Positions 14,367 to 31,207 of a DNA stretch of 64,000 bases are shown here, piece after piece. The notes under the pieces were generated by a model, which worked only from the letters and a program-made list of their open reading frames with translations, was not told the DNA's origin and did no database searches. This DNA is from Octopus vulgaris. Lineage: Eukaryota. Both the position numbers and the translations under genes were made by a program. The stretch is taken from contig OX597815.1 in NCBI GenBank assembly GCA_951406725.2, forward strand, positions 166,160,001 through 166,224,000, written 5' to 3'. Numbering within the stretch: the first letter of the stretch is position 1; each line of letters begins with the position of its first letter.

Positions 14367-15164
14367 TTTGATGACATGACCAACCTGGATTTGAAAACAC
14401 GACAAACCTAGGTTGATCGTGTTTTCAAATCAAGATGTCTGAAGGAGTGAACGAACTGTAAAATTATCATTACATATTTTTCTACATTGAATGTACTACA
14501 TAACGTTTTGTGAGAGATGAAATATATATATATATATATAAACGTTCGTTTACGGAGGCAAACCCCAATCAATATGCATAGAATAACAGCTAATTTTACT
14601 TTCTGCCTGAGTTCACTTTGTTCTTTCGACAACAGAATCTGCGGCTGTGCAGATAAACTGAACACTTGAAACACTCAATCACACCATACGAATCTTCACT
14701 GTATATCGAAATGAGCAACATGGGCGTCAGCTTGTCGTAGACTCGGTATAACTTGGAAAACGGATCTCTGATTCGCGGTCCATGTTCAGTTGCCTATTTG
14801 TGTGCCACAGAGATGCTAGGTCAGAGCGAACCTAGGACTACAGAATAACAACAACTGCTGTACATTTACTTCCAAATATTACATCTAACCACGAACATGG
14901 TTTCAATATAACAGACTGAAGTGACACCGGCCGAATCTGTCACTTCTCCCTGATAACATCAGAGAATATCAAAGACAACCAAATATTACACCAAATATTC
15001 ACCAACATGTACCATACCACACCACACCACACCACACTCATACGTACATTCACACACATACACACGCGCGCGCGTTCACAGAAGACAATTACACAAGGGA
15101 TTACAAGATCTCTGCAACGTTCACAATACATGTAGAAAATTTAGTAAAGGAACCTAAACGTTCG

Positions 15165-15227
<63 letters not shown>

Positions 15228-16496
15228 GCACACTCACACACACACACACATACAGCACAGATCCATCATAGATTATATCACATTTTATCTGTGGCCTCAA
15301 ACTTTCCTCAAGAAACCCCAATAACCTACAAAAAACACAATTCAGCGCCCGTCGGATAATTGTAGGTTTCACACATGCGCTGAAACCAGCGCTATAAACT
15401 AAATACAGCGATAAAAATTTCTAAAAATCTTGATATATATGAAGAGCGGTGTATCGCTTCAGTATATCCCAGCCCTCATCCTGGCCTTTTAACAACCATA
15501 GAAGGCTTCTACTACATGAACGCGCGTGATCACATAACCGACCATGCGCTTTTGCATTGTTTTAGGCTTCAAATGGCGCCGCCTAGCTGGCTAGGCGAGA
15601 AGGTCAACATTCGGCTCTGATCGAAGTGGGACTGGAGCAATGTGAAATGAAGAGTTTTGCTCAAGAACCCAACGCACCGCCCAGTCAGTGAGTCGAACTC
15701 ACGATCTAGCGATCATGAGTGCAACGGCCTAACTACTAAGCCACGCGCCTTCATACAACATTAACTACAGCTACAAAATTATTCTAAGAACAATATCCTT
15801 CGCTCGAGTCAAAGAATTAGCTTTTCTGGAATCGCTAGATGTTTCAGGAATAATAGCCAAATTGTCCCTCAAATCATATCAAACTGTCTTGAAAACAGAA
15901 GGATAACGTTCAAATAATGATACCCAATATAAGGGGGGGGGGCTGGATATTTCGATTTTCTCTTTAGTTTGAAGATTCTTTCTTGATTTGAATTCGTGTG
16001 TTGAAACAGGTGTTGCTGTATCTCGAGAGATACGGCAAAATCTATTTCAACACACGAATACAAAAATATACAAAGTGAAATTGAACCAGCGTGTGTGTTG
16101 ATTATTGGCGTAATGACCTTCCCGAAATGCAACAAAGATTAGATAGTTACTTCCCGACCACATGGTTCTGGGTTCAGTCCCCCTGCGTGGCAACTTCGGC
16201 AAGTAACTTTTGCTGTTACCCCCTCCTCTGAGAACTGACTTGTGGGTTAAACAACAACAACAACAGCAACAACAGCAGCAGCAGCCGTTCAAGAATTTGG
16301 ACCTGGAGATCTCCATTTCCTGCGACTTTGGGGGCCCCTTGACTACAACAAGACGACCAAAGTTGTTTTTTTTTCCAAGGTCTAGGGTCTCCCGCCCCTA
16401 AACCCTAGACCACCACGTAATTACCCTTACCTGTCTTGTTGCTTAACAACAACAACAAGAACAACAACAACTGTAACAACAAAAATAACGATAATA

Positions 16497-16735
16497 ATAC
16501 CTATTTCTTTATTGCCCACAAGGGGCTAAACATAGAGGGGACAAACAAGGACAGACAAAGGGATTAAGTCGATTATATCGACCCCAGTGCGTAATTGGTA
16601 CTTATTTAATCGACCCCGAAAGGATGAAAGGCAAAGTCGACCTCGGCGGAATTTGAACTCAGAACGTGACGACAGACGAAATACGGCTAAGCATTTCGCC
16701 CGGCGCGCTAACGTTTCTGCCAGCTCGCCGCCTTA
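16497..16735 (-). mobile_element. Full-length SINE family D (Nin-domain-like)
   Basis: AAGGCGGCGAGCTGGCAGAAACG...GAGTTCAAATTCC (A/B boxes), Nin-like core, tail AAAGAAATAGGTATT; TSD-like AACGATAATAATAC on both sides. Confidence 0.9.
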
Positions 16736-16894
16736 ACGATAATAATACCACCATCTTCTGCACGGAGTTCCATCAAACGCACAAAAGCCCAGAAAATTAT
16801 CCACGATCTGGTGAGTGAATCTCTATGTCGTTCAATCTACCGAAAATAGCAATAATTTCTCCCTCAGCTTTTGCCCTAATATTATTGTATAATG

Positions 16895-16988
<94 letters not shown>

Positions 16989-17163
16989 CACTGACACTCA
17001 CATACACACATGCATATAGAGTGTCTGTGTGGTAAGAAGCTTACTTCACAACCACATGGTTTTGGGTTCAGTTCCACTGCGTGAAACCTTGGACAAGTGT
17101 CTTCTACTATAACCTTGGGCCGACCAAAAGCCTTGAGTGGATCTGGAAACTGAAAGAAGGCCG

Positions 17164-17304
<141 letters not shown>

Positions 17305-17819
17305 CACACACGAGGATAAGTCAAAAAGTAATGCCATTTTGTTTAGGACAGGTATAATTACCAACACAAGAACATGTATCATACATCAAAATGAAGCTGG
17401 TCCTCTGTGGATCATATCCCTACTGAAGTAGGGATCATATCCCTAGTGGCAGAATCGTTAGCAAGCTGGGGAAAACGTTTAGCGGCATTTCGCCCATCTT
17501 TATGTTCTGAGTTCAAATTCCGCCGAGGTCGACTTTGCGTTCCAATATTTCGGGAGTTCGGTAAAATAAAATAAGTTCCAATTCAACACTGAGAAGGGTG
17601 TAATCAATGTACTCCCGACCCCACACCCAAAGAAAAATTGCTGGCTTTGTGCCAAAATTGAATACAATTATTTTTAACAGCTCTAGGAGCAGCAGCATCT
17701 TGCCTGCATTTTGCAATAATTGTCTCTCTTTCATTTTCTGTCTGTCTGTCTCTCTCTCTCTTCCTCCCTCTCTGTCTATCTACCTACTTATCTACCTATT
17801 TCTATCTGTCTGTCTGTCT

Positions 17820-17966
17820 CTCTCTCCCCACACCTCCATGTTACTCCATCTCCCCCGTCCCTTTCTCTCTCTACACCTCTGACTTTGCCTTTACCTTTGA
17901 CTCTGTCTTTCTCTGAATTTCTCTCTCTCTCCCCACACCTCCCTCTTTGACTCTGTCTTTCTCTGA

Positions 17967-18000
<34 letters not shown>

Positions 18001-18173
18001 AACTCTCTGTCTATCACCATCTGTTACTCCATCTCCCCCGTCCCTTTCTCTCTCTACACCTCTGACTTTGCCTTTACCTTTCTCTGCATTTCTCTCTCTC
18101 TCTCTCTCTCCCTCACCTTCTCTCTCTCTCTTTCTCCCCACACCTCTCTCTTTGACTCTGTCTTTCTCTGAAT

Positions 18174-18211
<38 letters not shown>

Positions 18212-18350
18212 AGCTCTCTGTCTATCACCATCTGTCACTCCATCTCCCCCGTCCCTTTCTCTCTCTACACCTCTGACTTTGCCTTTACCTTTCTCTGCAT
18301 TTCTCTCTCTCTCTCTCTCTCTCTCTTTCTCCCTCACCTTCTCTCTCTCT
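17820..18350. repeat. CT-rich composite tandem duplications
   Basis: Three copies of CTCCATCTCCCCCGTCCCTTTCTCTCTCTACACCTCTGACTTTGCCTTTACCTTT. Confidence 0.85.
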
Positions 18351-18734
18351 TTCTTCCTCCCCCTCTCTCTGTCTCTCCCCTCCGACTTCATTATATAAGT
18401 TTTATACTTGACGTTAATATTGTTCTCAGTGTTTGTTGCTTTTTTTGTTTAGTGTTGTTTTTACTTAGTGATGCTGTTTCTGCTGCTGTTGTTGTTGTTG
18501 TTGTTGTTGTTGTTGCTTTTATTGTTTGTATATTGTTGTTGCTGTTGTTGTTGCTGTTGTTGTTTGTGTGACAGACTGTTGAAGAGTGATTTCCCGCTGG
18601 TTCCCCCGACAGCTGTTTGTTATGGCATTTCTTCAGTGGTTGGTCGCTGGCTGAGTGAGAGAAACACAGAGAGAGGGAGAGGGATAGAGAGAGAGAGAGG
18701 GAGTGTGTGTGTGTGAGAGAGAGAAACAGAGGGA

Positions 18735-18773
<39 letters not shown>

Positions 18774-18774
18774 A

Positions 18775-19270
18775 GAGAAACATAAAGCGAGCAAGTGAGC
18801 GAGCGAGAGAGGCAAAAAGAGTAAGACGAAGCTGGAGAGAGAGAGGGGGAAGAGAGAGAAAAACACAAAGCGAGAAAGCGAGCGAGCGAGAGAAGCAAAA
18901 AGAGTAAGAGGGAAAGAAGGCTGGAGAGAGAGGGGGAAGAGAGAAAGAGATAGAGAGAGAGTGGGACACAAAGCGAGCAAGCTACCGAGCGAGAGAAGCA
19001 AAAGGAGTAAGAGGGAAAGAAGGCTGGAGAGAGAGAGAGGGGGAAGAGAGAGAGAGATAGAGAGAGAGGGGGACACAAAGCGAGCAAGCTACCGAGCGAG
19101 AGAAGCAAAAAGAGTAAGAGGGAAAGAAGGCTGGAGAGAGAGGGGGAAGGGAGAGAGAAAGAGATAGAGAGAGAGGGGGACACAAAGCGAGCAAGCTACC
19201 GAGCGAGAGAAGCAAAAAGAGTAAGAGGGAAATAAGGCTGGCGAGAGAGAGAGGGGGAAGAGAGAGAGGA
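18775..19270. repeat. GA-rich ~106-bp minisatellite (4-5 units)
   Basis: CACAAAGCGAGCAAGCTACCGAGCGAGAGAAGCAAAAAGAGTAAGAGGGAAAGAAGGCTGG repeats at ~18863, 18967, 19073, 19180. Confidence 0.9.
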
Positions 19271-19399
19271 AGGAAAAAGCGATAGTCCGTTCACACGATA
19301 CAATTTCATTTATTTCTTTCTTATTCATCTTTCTTTCGTTCTTCGTTCTTTCTTTTATTTTCCTTCTTTTCTCTTTTCTCTTGCATTGTGTCGCATTTT

Positions 19400-24335
<4,936 letters not shown>

Positions 24336-24390
24336 ATGAACTGATCATTGAGTGGATGGATGTCTGTATATTTATGTATATATGTATATA

Positions 24391-24894
24391 CCGTAAATCC
24401 TTGAGTATAATCCCCAAAATTCAAAGGTCAAAATATCTAGTGCGTGCTATATACGAGGTTAAAAATAAAAAATATTTTCTAAGCAATGTCCGAGTCTCTA
24501 TTTGCTGTCCGGCAATGTTTATTCAGACGCATTTTATGATGTCGGGCGCGGAAATACCTTAAACTAAGCCTTAAAAGCAATGAAGTCATAAAAGAATCAT
24601 CCATAATTTGCAGTAAGCAACATTTATTAAAATAAAAGTATTCAGAACACAGAATAACATGTAACAAAACAATTTGCAAACATATTTACATTCCCATATA
24701 ACAGTTAAGAACATCACCATTATTGTATGCGCTGAAGTATTTGTTCGACTAGGTGCTGCTGGCTAAATTACGTACGACTCAAGTTAGAGAAGGGGTGCGT
24801 ATTATACACAAGGTTTAGGTTTTTCAGAAGTACTGCCCCATAAAAATCCCCTGCGTATTATACTCAAGGGCGGACTATACTCGAAGGTTTACAG
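24391..24894. mobile_element. MITE with TA TSD (Tc1/mariner-pogo-like, CCGTA termini)
   Basis: TA|CCGTAAATCCTTGAGTATAATCC ... GGACTATACTCGAAGGTTTACAG|TA. Confidence 0.8.
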
Positions 24895-25597
24895 TATATA
24901 CATGTTTACGTATAGCTGTATGTTTGCGCACATGCATTCGTATAGAGATGCAAAGACTGCTATACATGTACGTACATATGATTGTATGTATGTTTTTTTA
25001 TGATTATATGTACGCATGTATGTTATCTGTTTTAATTATTTGGAATATACGTATGAAGAAGGGACCAATCTCTAAAAATGAGAGTTCCATCGCTAAAATT
25101 TGTTTAGCAACAACTGTGAAAGGTTCAATGTGACGACGAATGCACGGTGCCAAGTGGGCCACGTTTGGTAAGCAGAACTGGTGATGTGGGATCAAAGGTT
25201 CAATGTTGAACAATAGAAAAGACTTGGACGTTTTTACTATCCTGCTTACAGATTTCTTTGTCTCAGAAACCGATTAATTAGCAGCCAAATGCACCAATAA
25301 TTATAGAAACGAATGCGCATTTATAATCTCCATAGGGAATTTGTAAGTATCGAAACGGCTGTTCGTAGTGAGTCTTTTTCCCTCCGATATTGAGAAGGTA
25401 ATTCATATCTGAAGGACAGCTGACACCCACTCTACATCACCCTATATATGTACACACACACACACACACACATTATGAACCACACATGCTCAACGTATAT
25501 GCTTTGTGTAGCGCTTCTTCCATTTCATATTTGAATTTATTCTTAACGTAAGCATTGTGGGGCATAGAAGTACATAGATTTTACACTAGATGTATAT

Positions 25598-25729
25598 GAG
25601 TCGTGGACTGGCGGTACGACCCACCTCCCACGGGTACGTGCTTTTGATAAGCCGCAAAAATGGCGAAACATCGATATCCATCACTCCTGAATGGGATTCG
25701 GGATGAGTTGTCCCGCCTGTCCATGACTT
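25598..25729 (+). ncRNA. Degenerate hammerhead (core TTGATAA, U3-A8) inside a long hairpin
   Basis: TTGATAA-GCC(GCAAAAAT)GGC-GAAA-CATCGATA-TC; enclosed by GAGTCGTGGAC/GTCCATGACTT and GGCGG/CCGCC; stem I mismatched next to the core. Confidence 0.45.
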
Positions 25730-25866
25730 CCAGGTGTTTTAACACCCGACACTTTGAGGGAGTCATCTCCACCACGCTACGTCGCAGCCTACCAGGAAAC
25801 ACACAAGGCATATACATTATGTTTGGTCGATAATGTTTATTGCGCTAGTGTTGCTTCTATTCATAT

Positions 25867-26008
<142 letters not shown>

Positions 26009-26055
26009 CATATATACATATATCAAAATAAGCAACAAAGGATATCGAGAGGTAA

Positions 26056-26147
26056 TGCAGTACGATCGTTTCATGCGACTCCATTTAATTGAAAAATGCA
26101 ATCATTTCATTACATCAATTTAAAATGTAGAGCAATCTTCAGCTGCA
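26056..26147 (-). ncRNA. Type I hammerhead ribozyme with palindromic stem III, PLE-type
   Basis: TGCAG-CTGAAGA-TTGCTC...GAGTCGCAT-GAAA-CGATCG-TA-CTGCA; GUA cleavage triplet; element lies between (TA)n and (CA)n. Confidence 0.8.
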
Positions 26148-26163
26148 CAAAGACATAGAATTT

Positions 26164-26245
<82 letters not shown>

Positions 26246-26536
26246 AATCAGTTGAGTTGGGTACTTAAGTTGAGGCACCTAATTAGGTCGGAATAATATA
26301 CACAAAACAATATTATATAAATGTTAACTTTGGTATAGAAGTACCGGCAGAATGATATTCCTGTAGTGCATGCAGAGACTTTGCCCCAGCTGAGTATATA
26401 ATTCGCTCTTGAGCTATTCAGACATGTACATTTTATGAATTATACAGTCCATAATATACTTCAGGATCTGCGAAGGGCATGTTCCCCAAAACCTGTTGCT
26501 CCATGACCACCTTAAACCGGACTTTCCCATTTTAAA

Positions 26537-26569
<33 letters not shown>

Positions 26570-26690
26570 CATCCGAAATTGCAAGGATGATCTGGATCTT
26601 GACTGAAGATTAGAGGCTTCGAATGACCCGTCCGTTTCGTATCGTCTATTTGAATGTTTTGCGTTCTTGTCCCATTTTGTATTTATATAT
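26570..26690 (+). mobile_element. 5'-truncated copy of the rearranged-hammerhead repeat
   Basis: CATCC-GAAA-TTGC-AAGGAT-GATCTGG-ATCTTGA-CTGAAGA-TT-AGAGGCTTCGAATG...GCGTTCTTGTCCCA; homologous to 28700-28940 and 45350-45690. Confidence 0.8.
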
Positions 26691-26734
26691 ATATTTTTTT
26701 ATACATACATACATACATACATACACACACACAG

Positions 26735-26813
<79 letters not shown>

Positions 26814-26815
<2 letters not shown>

Positions 26816-28619
26816 GTAATATAATAATAAGAGTAAATAATTTCTATAAAGGTTTTAAAAAAAACCCAATTATTTACTGGTAGAATTCGGTATGTAAATA
26901 TAGCCGATTACCGGCAGGAACTTCTGTAAAGTTCAGTATATATATTGTATATAAGAAAAAGGGGACAGGCAAGCAGGTTGCTTGACCGCATACCGAAAAA
27001 ATAGAAATAGCAGTCAAGAATGCTTATTTCTATCAAAGTTGGACTCCGGGCACGACAAACCCTGTAATTCACATATGCAAAACAGAAGGAATAGATAACG
27101 AAAACGAAGTCTGGTGGTTATCTGTGAACATCATGTTTCGGATTATAAACATATTGAATATATATTTCATATATATTTTTGATATATATTTCATATACAT
27201 TGCATATATATTTCACATCCTTCTTCAGCACAGCTTTCCATTGAAAAAGATTTATCATAGATTTATCAAATGCTACGTACCTCAAACCTTCTGACCATGC
27301 GACATCAAAATATTTGAAGAAAGTGAGCAAAAGCTAAACCTACATAGACGTTTGAATTCGTAAATCTTCCCTCCAAAATCTTGCCATGCGCACTACAAAA
27401 ATAGTTCCATAAAATTGGGAACTATCGGGTTGTCATAAGGGAGTGAAAAATCCAAATAGTAATATAATAATAAGAGTAAATAATTTGGATTTTTTTATGA
27501 CAACCCGATAGTTCCCAATTTTATGGAACTATTTTTGTAGTGCGCATGGCAAGATTTTGGAGGAAGATTTACGAATTCAAACGTCTATGTAGGTTTAGCT
27601 TTTGCTCACTTTCTTCAAATATTTTGATGTCGCATGGTCAGAAGGTTTGAGGTACGTAGCATTTGATAAATCTATGATAAATCTTTTCAATGGAAAGCTG
27701 TGCTGAAGAAGGATGTGAAATATATATGCAATGTATATGAAATATATATCAAAAATATATATGAAATATATATTCAATATGTTTATAATCCGGAAACATG
27801 ATGTTCACAGATAACCACCAGACTTCGTTTTCGTTATCTATTCCTTCTGTTTTGCATATGTGAATTTACAGGGTTTGTCGTGCCCGGAGTCCAACTTTGA
27901 TAGAAATAAGCATTCTTGACTGCTATTTCTATTTTTTCGGTATGCGGTCAAGCAACCTGTTTGCCTGTCCCCTTTTCTTATATACAATATATATACTAAA
28001 CTTTACAGAAGTTCCTGCCGGTAATCGGCTATATTTACATACCGAATTCTACCAGTAAATAATTGGGGTTTTTTTAAAACCTTTATAGAAATTATTTACT
28101 CTTATTATTATATTACTATTTGGATTTTTTTATGACAACCCGATAGTTCCCAATTTTATGGAACTATTTTTGTAGTGCGCATGGCAAGATTTTGGAGGGA
28201 AGATTTACGAATTCAAACGTCTATGTAGGTTTAGCTTTTGCTCACTTTCTTCAAATATTTTGATGTCGCATGGTCAGAAGGTTTGAGGTACGTAGCATTT
28301 GATAAATCTATGATAAATCTTTTTCAATGGAAAGCTGTGCTGAAGAAGGATGTGAAATATATATGCAATGTATATGAAATATATATCAAAAATATATATG
28401 AAATATATATTCAATATGTTTATAATCCGGAAACATGATGTTCACAGATAACCACCAGACTTCGTTTTCGTTATCTATTCCTTCTGTTTTGCATATGTGA
28501 ATTACAGGGTTTGTCTTGCCCGGAGTCCAACTTTGATAGAAATAAGCATTCTTGACTGCTATTTCTATTTTTTCGGTATGCGGTCAAGCAACCTGTTTGC
28601 CTGTCCCCTTTTTCTTATA

Positions 28620-28622
<3 letters not shown>
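26814..28622. mobile_element. ~637-bp hammerhead-bearing unit in three near-identical copies: one inverted (26814-27485) and two tandem (27484-28118, 28119-28622)
   Basis: Direct sequence identity; HHR CTGTG-CTGAAGA-A-GGAT...ATCC(G)-GAAA-CATGATG-TT-CACAG at 27122-27233(-), 27698-27810(+), 28335-28447(+); both outer ends abut (TA)n. Confidence 0.85.
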
Positions 28623-28700
<78 letters not shown>

Positions 28701-28776
28701 GTATAAATAAAAATATATACAAACTGGGACAAGAACGTGAAACACCTAGAAGACGACACAAGAACCACAGGACAGG

Positions 28777-28922
28777 ACATTCGAAGCCCTCAGTCATCAG
28801 TCAAGAACCGGATCATCTTCGCAATTTCGGCTGATTAATCTTGAGATTGCTCCGACCTGGGCAGCCCCCAAGGGAAATCTAAGCCAAGCGCATTAGATCC
28901 CTTGGAAGAGAGCTTCGAATGT
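28777..28922 (-). ncRNA. Candidate non-circularly permuted (pseudoknotted) hammerhead ribozyme, copy 1
   Basis: GGCTG..GCAA-TC-TCAAGA..CAGCC-GAAA-TTGC..TCTTGA-CTGATGA with a 15-bp closing helix; covaries with 45411-45552. Confidence 0.7.
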
Positions 28923-28966
28923 ATACAACACAAGGACGAAAATATATATATATATACACACATATA

Positions 28967-29002
<36 letters not shown>

Positions 29003-29194
29003 TATACATACATAACCACATGGTTCCGGGTTCAGTCCCACTGCGTGGCAACTTGGACAAATGTCTTCTACCATAGCCTCGGGCCGACCAAAGCCTTGTG
29101 AGTGGATTTGGTTGACGGAAACTGAAAGAAACCTGTCGTATATATGTGTGTATATATATGTATATGCATGTATGTATGTATGTATTCTTTTCTA

Positions 29195-29584
29195 AGCTAG
29201 GCACAAACTCCTAAATTTTGGGGGAGGGAACCAATCGATTAGATTGACCCCAGTACACAACTAGTGCTTAATGTATCGATCCTGAAAGGACGGAAGACAA
29301 AGACAACCTCGGCGGAATTTGAACTCAGAACGGAAAGACACACAAAATACCTATTTCTTTACTACCCACAAGGGGCTAAACACAGAGGCGACAAACAAGG
29401 ACAGACAGACGGATTAAGTCGATTATATCGACCCCAGTGCGTAACTGGTAATTAATTTATCGACCCCGAAAGGATGAAAGGCAAAGTCGACCTCGGCGGA
29501 ATTTGAACTCAGAACGTAGCGGCAGACGAAATACGGCTACACATTTCGCCCGTCGTGCTAACGATTCTGCCAGTTCGCCGCCTT
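29195..29584 (-). mobile_element. Nested/tandem SINE family D copies
   Basis: Full copy 29350-29584 joined to a headless unit at aaatacctatttcttt. Confidence 0.85.
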
Positions 29585-29978
29585 TACGTATGTATGTATG
29601 TATGTATGTATGTATGTATGTATGTATGTATGTATGTATGTATGTATGTATGTATGTATGAATCGATGAATGTATTATGGAGTAAATAAATGCGCTAGGT
29701 GCATCGGCAAATTTACCGTTTGACTGCGGCTCTCCATAGTATTCCCGTTAGTTATTCTTTGCTGCGTGATTCGATAGGGTTCTGTGCTACCGGTATAAGA
29801 TTATTACGTAATATAAGTAGCACATCTATTATGAAAGAAAAACATGAAGTATAAATTTCGTATTCCTATGTTAAATCCGTTGCACATGTTTCTGCGATGG
29901 CAAGTTATATATGTGTCTTATGAAGAATATTTGATCAAATCGAACGAGTCATTGGACAGAGTCGAAATATATGATATG

Positions 29979-30055
<77 letters not shown>

Positions 30056-30059
<4 letters not shown>

Positions 30060-30247
30060 AGAGTTTACGGAAAAAAAACAAAAGACGAAGCCGGGTGGTG
30101 TACAAAACAAACAGATGTATAAATATAACGCTCAGGAATAGAAAAAGTCTTTTACGTTTTGAGCCTACGCTCTTCTACAGAAAGGGACACAGAAAAAACA
30201 AGGAGAGAAAAAAATGTGTGTAGTGGCTAATGATCTATCAAGGTGTC
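30056..30247 (-). mobile_element. (TA)n-flanked short element with a hammerhead-like remnant at 30147-30187
   Basis: CTTT-CTGTAGA-A-GAGC(GTAG)GCTC-AAAA-CG-TA-AAAG; stems intact, core has A6>T and G12>A. Confidence 0.5.
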
Positions 30248-30294
<47 letters not shown>

Positions 30295-30429
30295 TGTATA
30301 TAAATGTATGTATATCTGTCCTAAAGACTATCTTCTTCAAGCAGCTACGAGAGAAATGCTTTTCCTCACGCCGCGTGTATCAGCTTTTATATGTCCTGAA
30401 ATCATGTGAAATCATAAAACTAAGCCAAA

Positions 30430-30540
30430 TCAGACCAGATTGGAACCTGGTGAAGCTCTCCGGCTTACCAGATCTGGTAAACCCGTCCAACCCACGCCAG
30501 CATGGAAAATGGACATTAAAGGATGATAATGATGATGATA
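30430..30540 (+). mobile_element. 3' tail of an RTE-type LINE or SINE
   Basis: CCGTCCAACCCACGCCAGCATGGAAAATGGACATTAAAG followed by a (GAT)n tail; family assignment is from recollection. Confidence 0.5.
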
Positions 30541-31163
30541 ATATAGCAACACTATTCCGTTTAAGAAGATAATATTACATTAATGATTTAGTTTGGAAGC
30601 TCTTGATTTCATGTGTGATATTTTTTTTACAAAAATGTGATACTCAGGTAAAAAAGCGGGAATAAGGATTTCATTGCCACTTTTGCTCATTAAGTATATA
30701 GTGGTTATCTTCTGGTCTTGTTTTGCAGAGCAACAACATTACACATATGACGTGATGTAACGGACATGAGAGAGACAATCTATGATTTTTCCTGTTTCTT
30801 TTAACATCGTCTGGAAGTTTACGAGGAATGGCCATTTTTTTTTAAAAAAGAATGCTGAGTGTTTCATTTCTGGATTTTTACTGAGGTATGAGTGTCAAAC
30901 AATTCTAGTGCCGTGTGAAAGATAATCAATCAATAAATGCTTCTTCTGCTTGTTCTCTACTTTTGAACATTTGTTTGACTACAGTCAAAAATACTCACTG
31001 CTCATAAACTATCTCCAGTCTTTCTTCTTCTTCTTCTTCTTCTTCTTCTTCTTCTTCTTCTTCTTCTTCTTCTTCTTCTTCTCCTTTTCTCCTTTTTCTT
31101 CTTCTTCTTCTTCTCCTTTTCTTCTTCCTTTTCTCCTCCTTCTTCTTCTTCTTCTTTTTCTTC

Positions 31164-31207
<44 letters not shown>

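Noticed and set aside
18571-18660. Possible small exon (cag|ACTGTTGAAG...CTGA|GTGAGA)
   Set aside because: No recognisable protein, no partner exons, weak polypyrimidine tract.
18775-19270. CRISPR-like repeat-spacer array
   Set aside because: Whole units repeat with no unique spacers; eukaryotic minisatellite.
26250-26540. Minus-strand CTGAATA-GCTCAAGAGC-GAAT as a hammerhead
   Set aside because: Two core mismatches and no convincing stem I; probably a decayed (TA)n-associated element.
28777-28830. SECIS or box C/D reading of the ATGA/TGATGA..CTGA motifs
   Set aside because: No apical AA loop or guide spacing; the hammerhead model explains the motifs and the covariation better.
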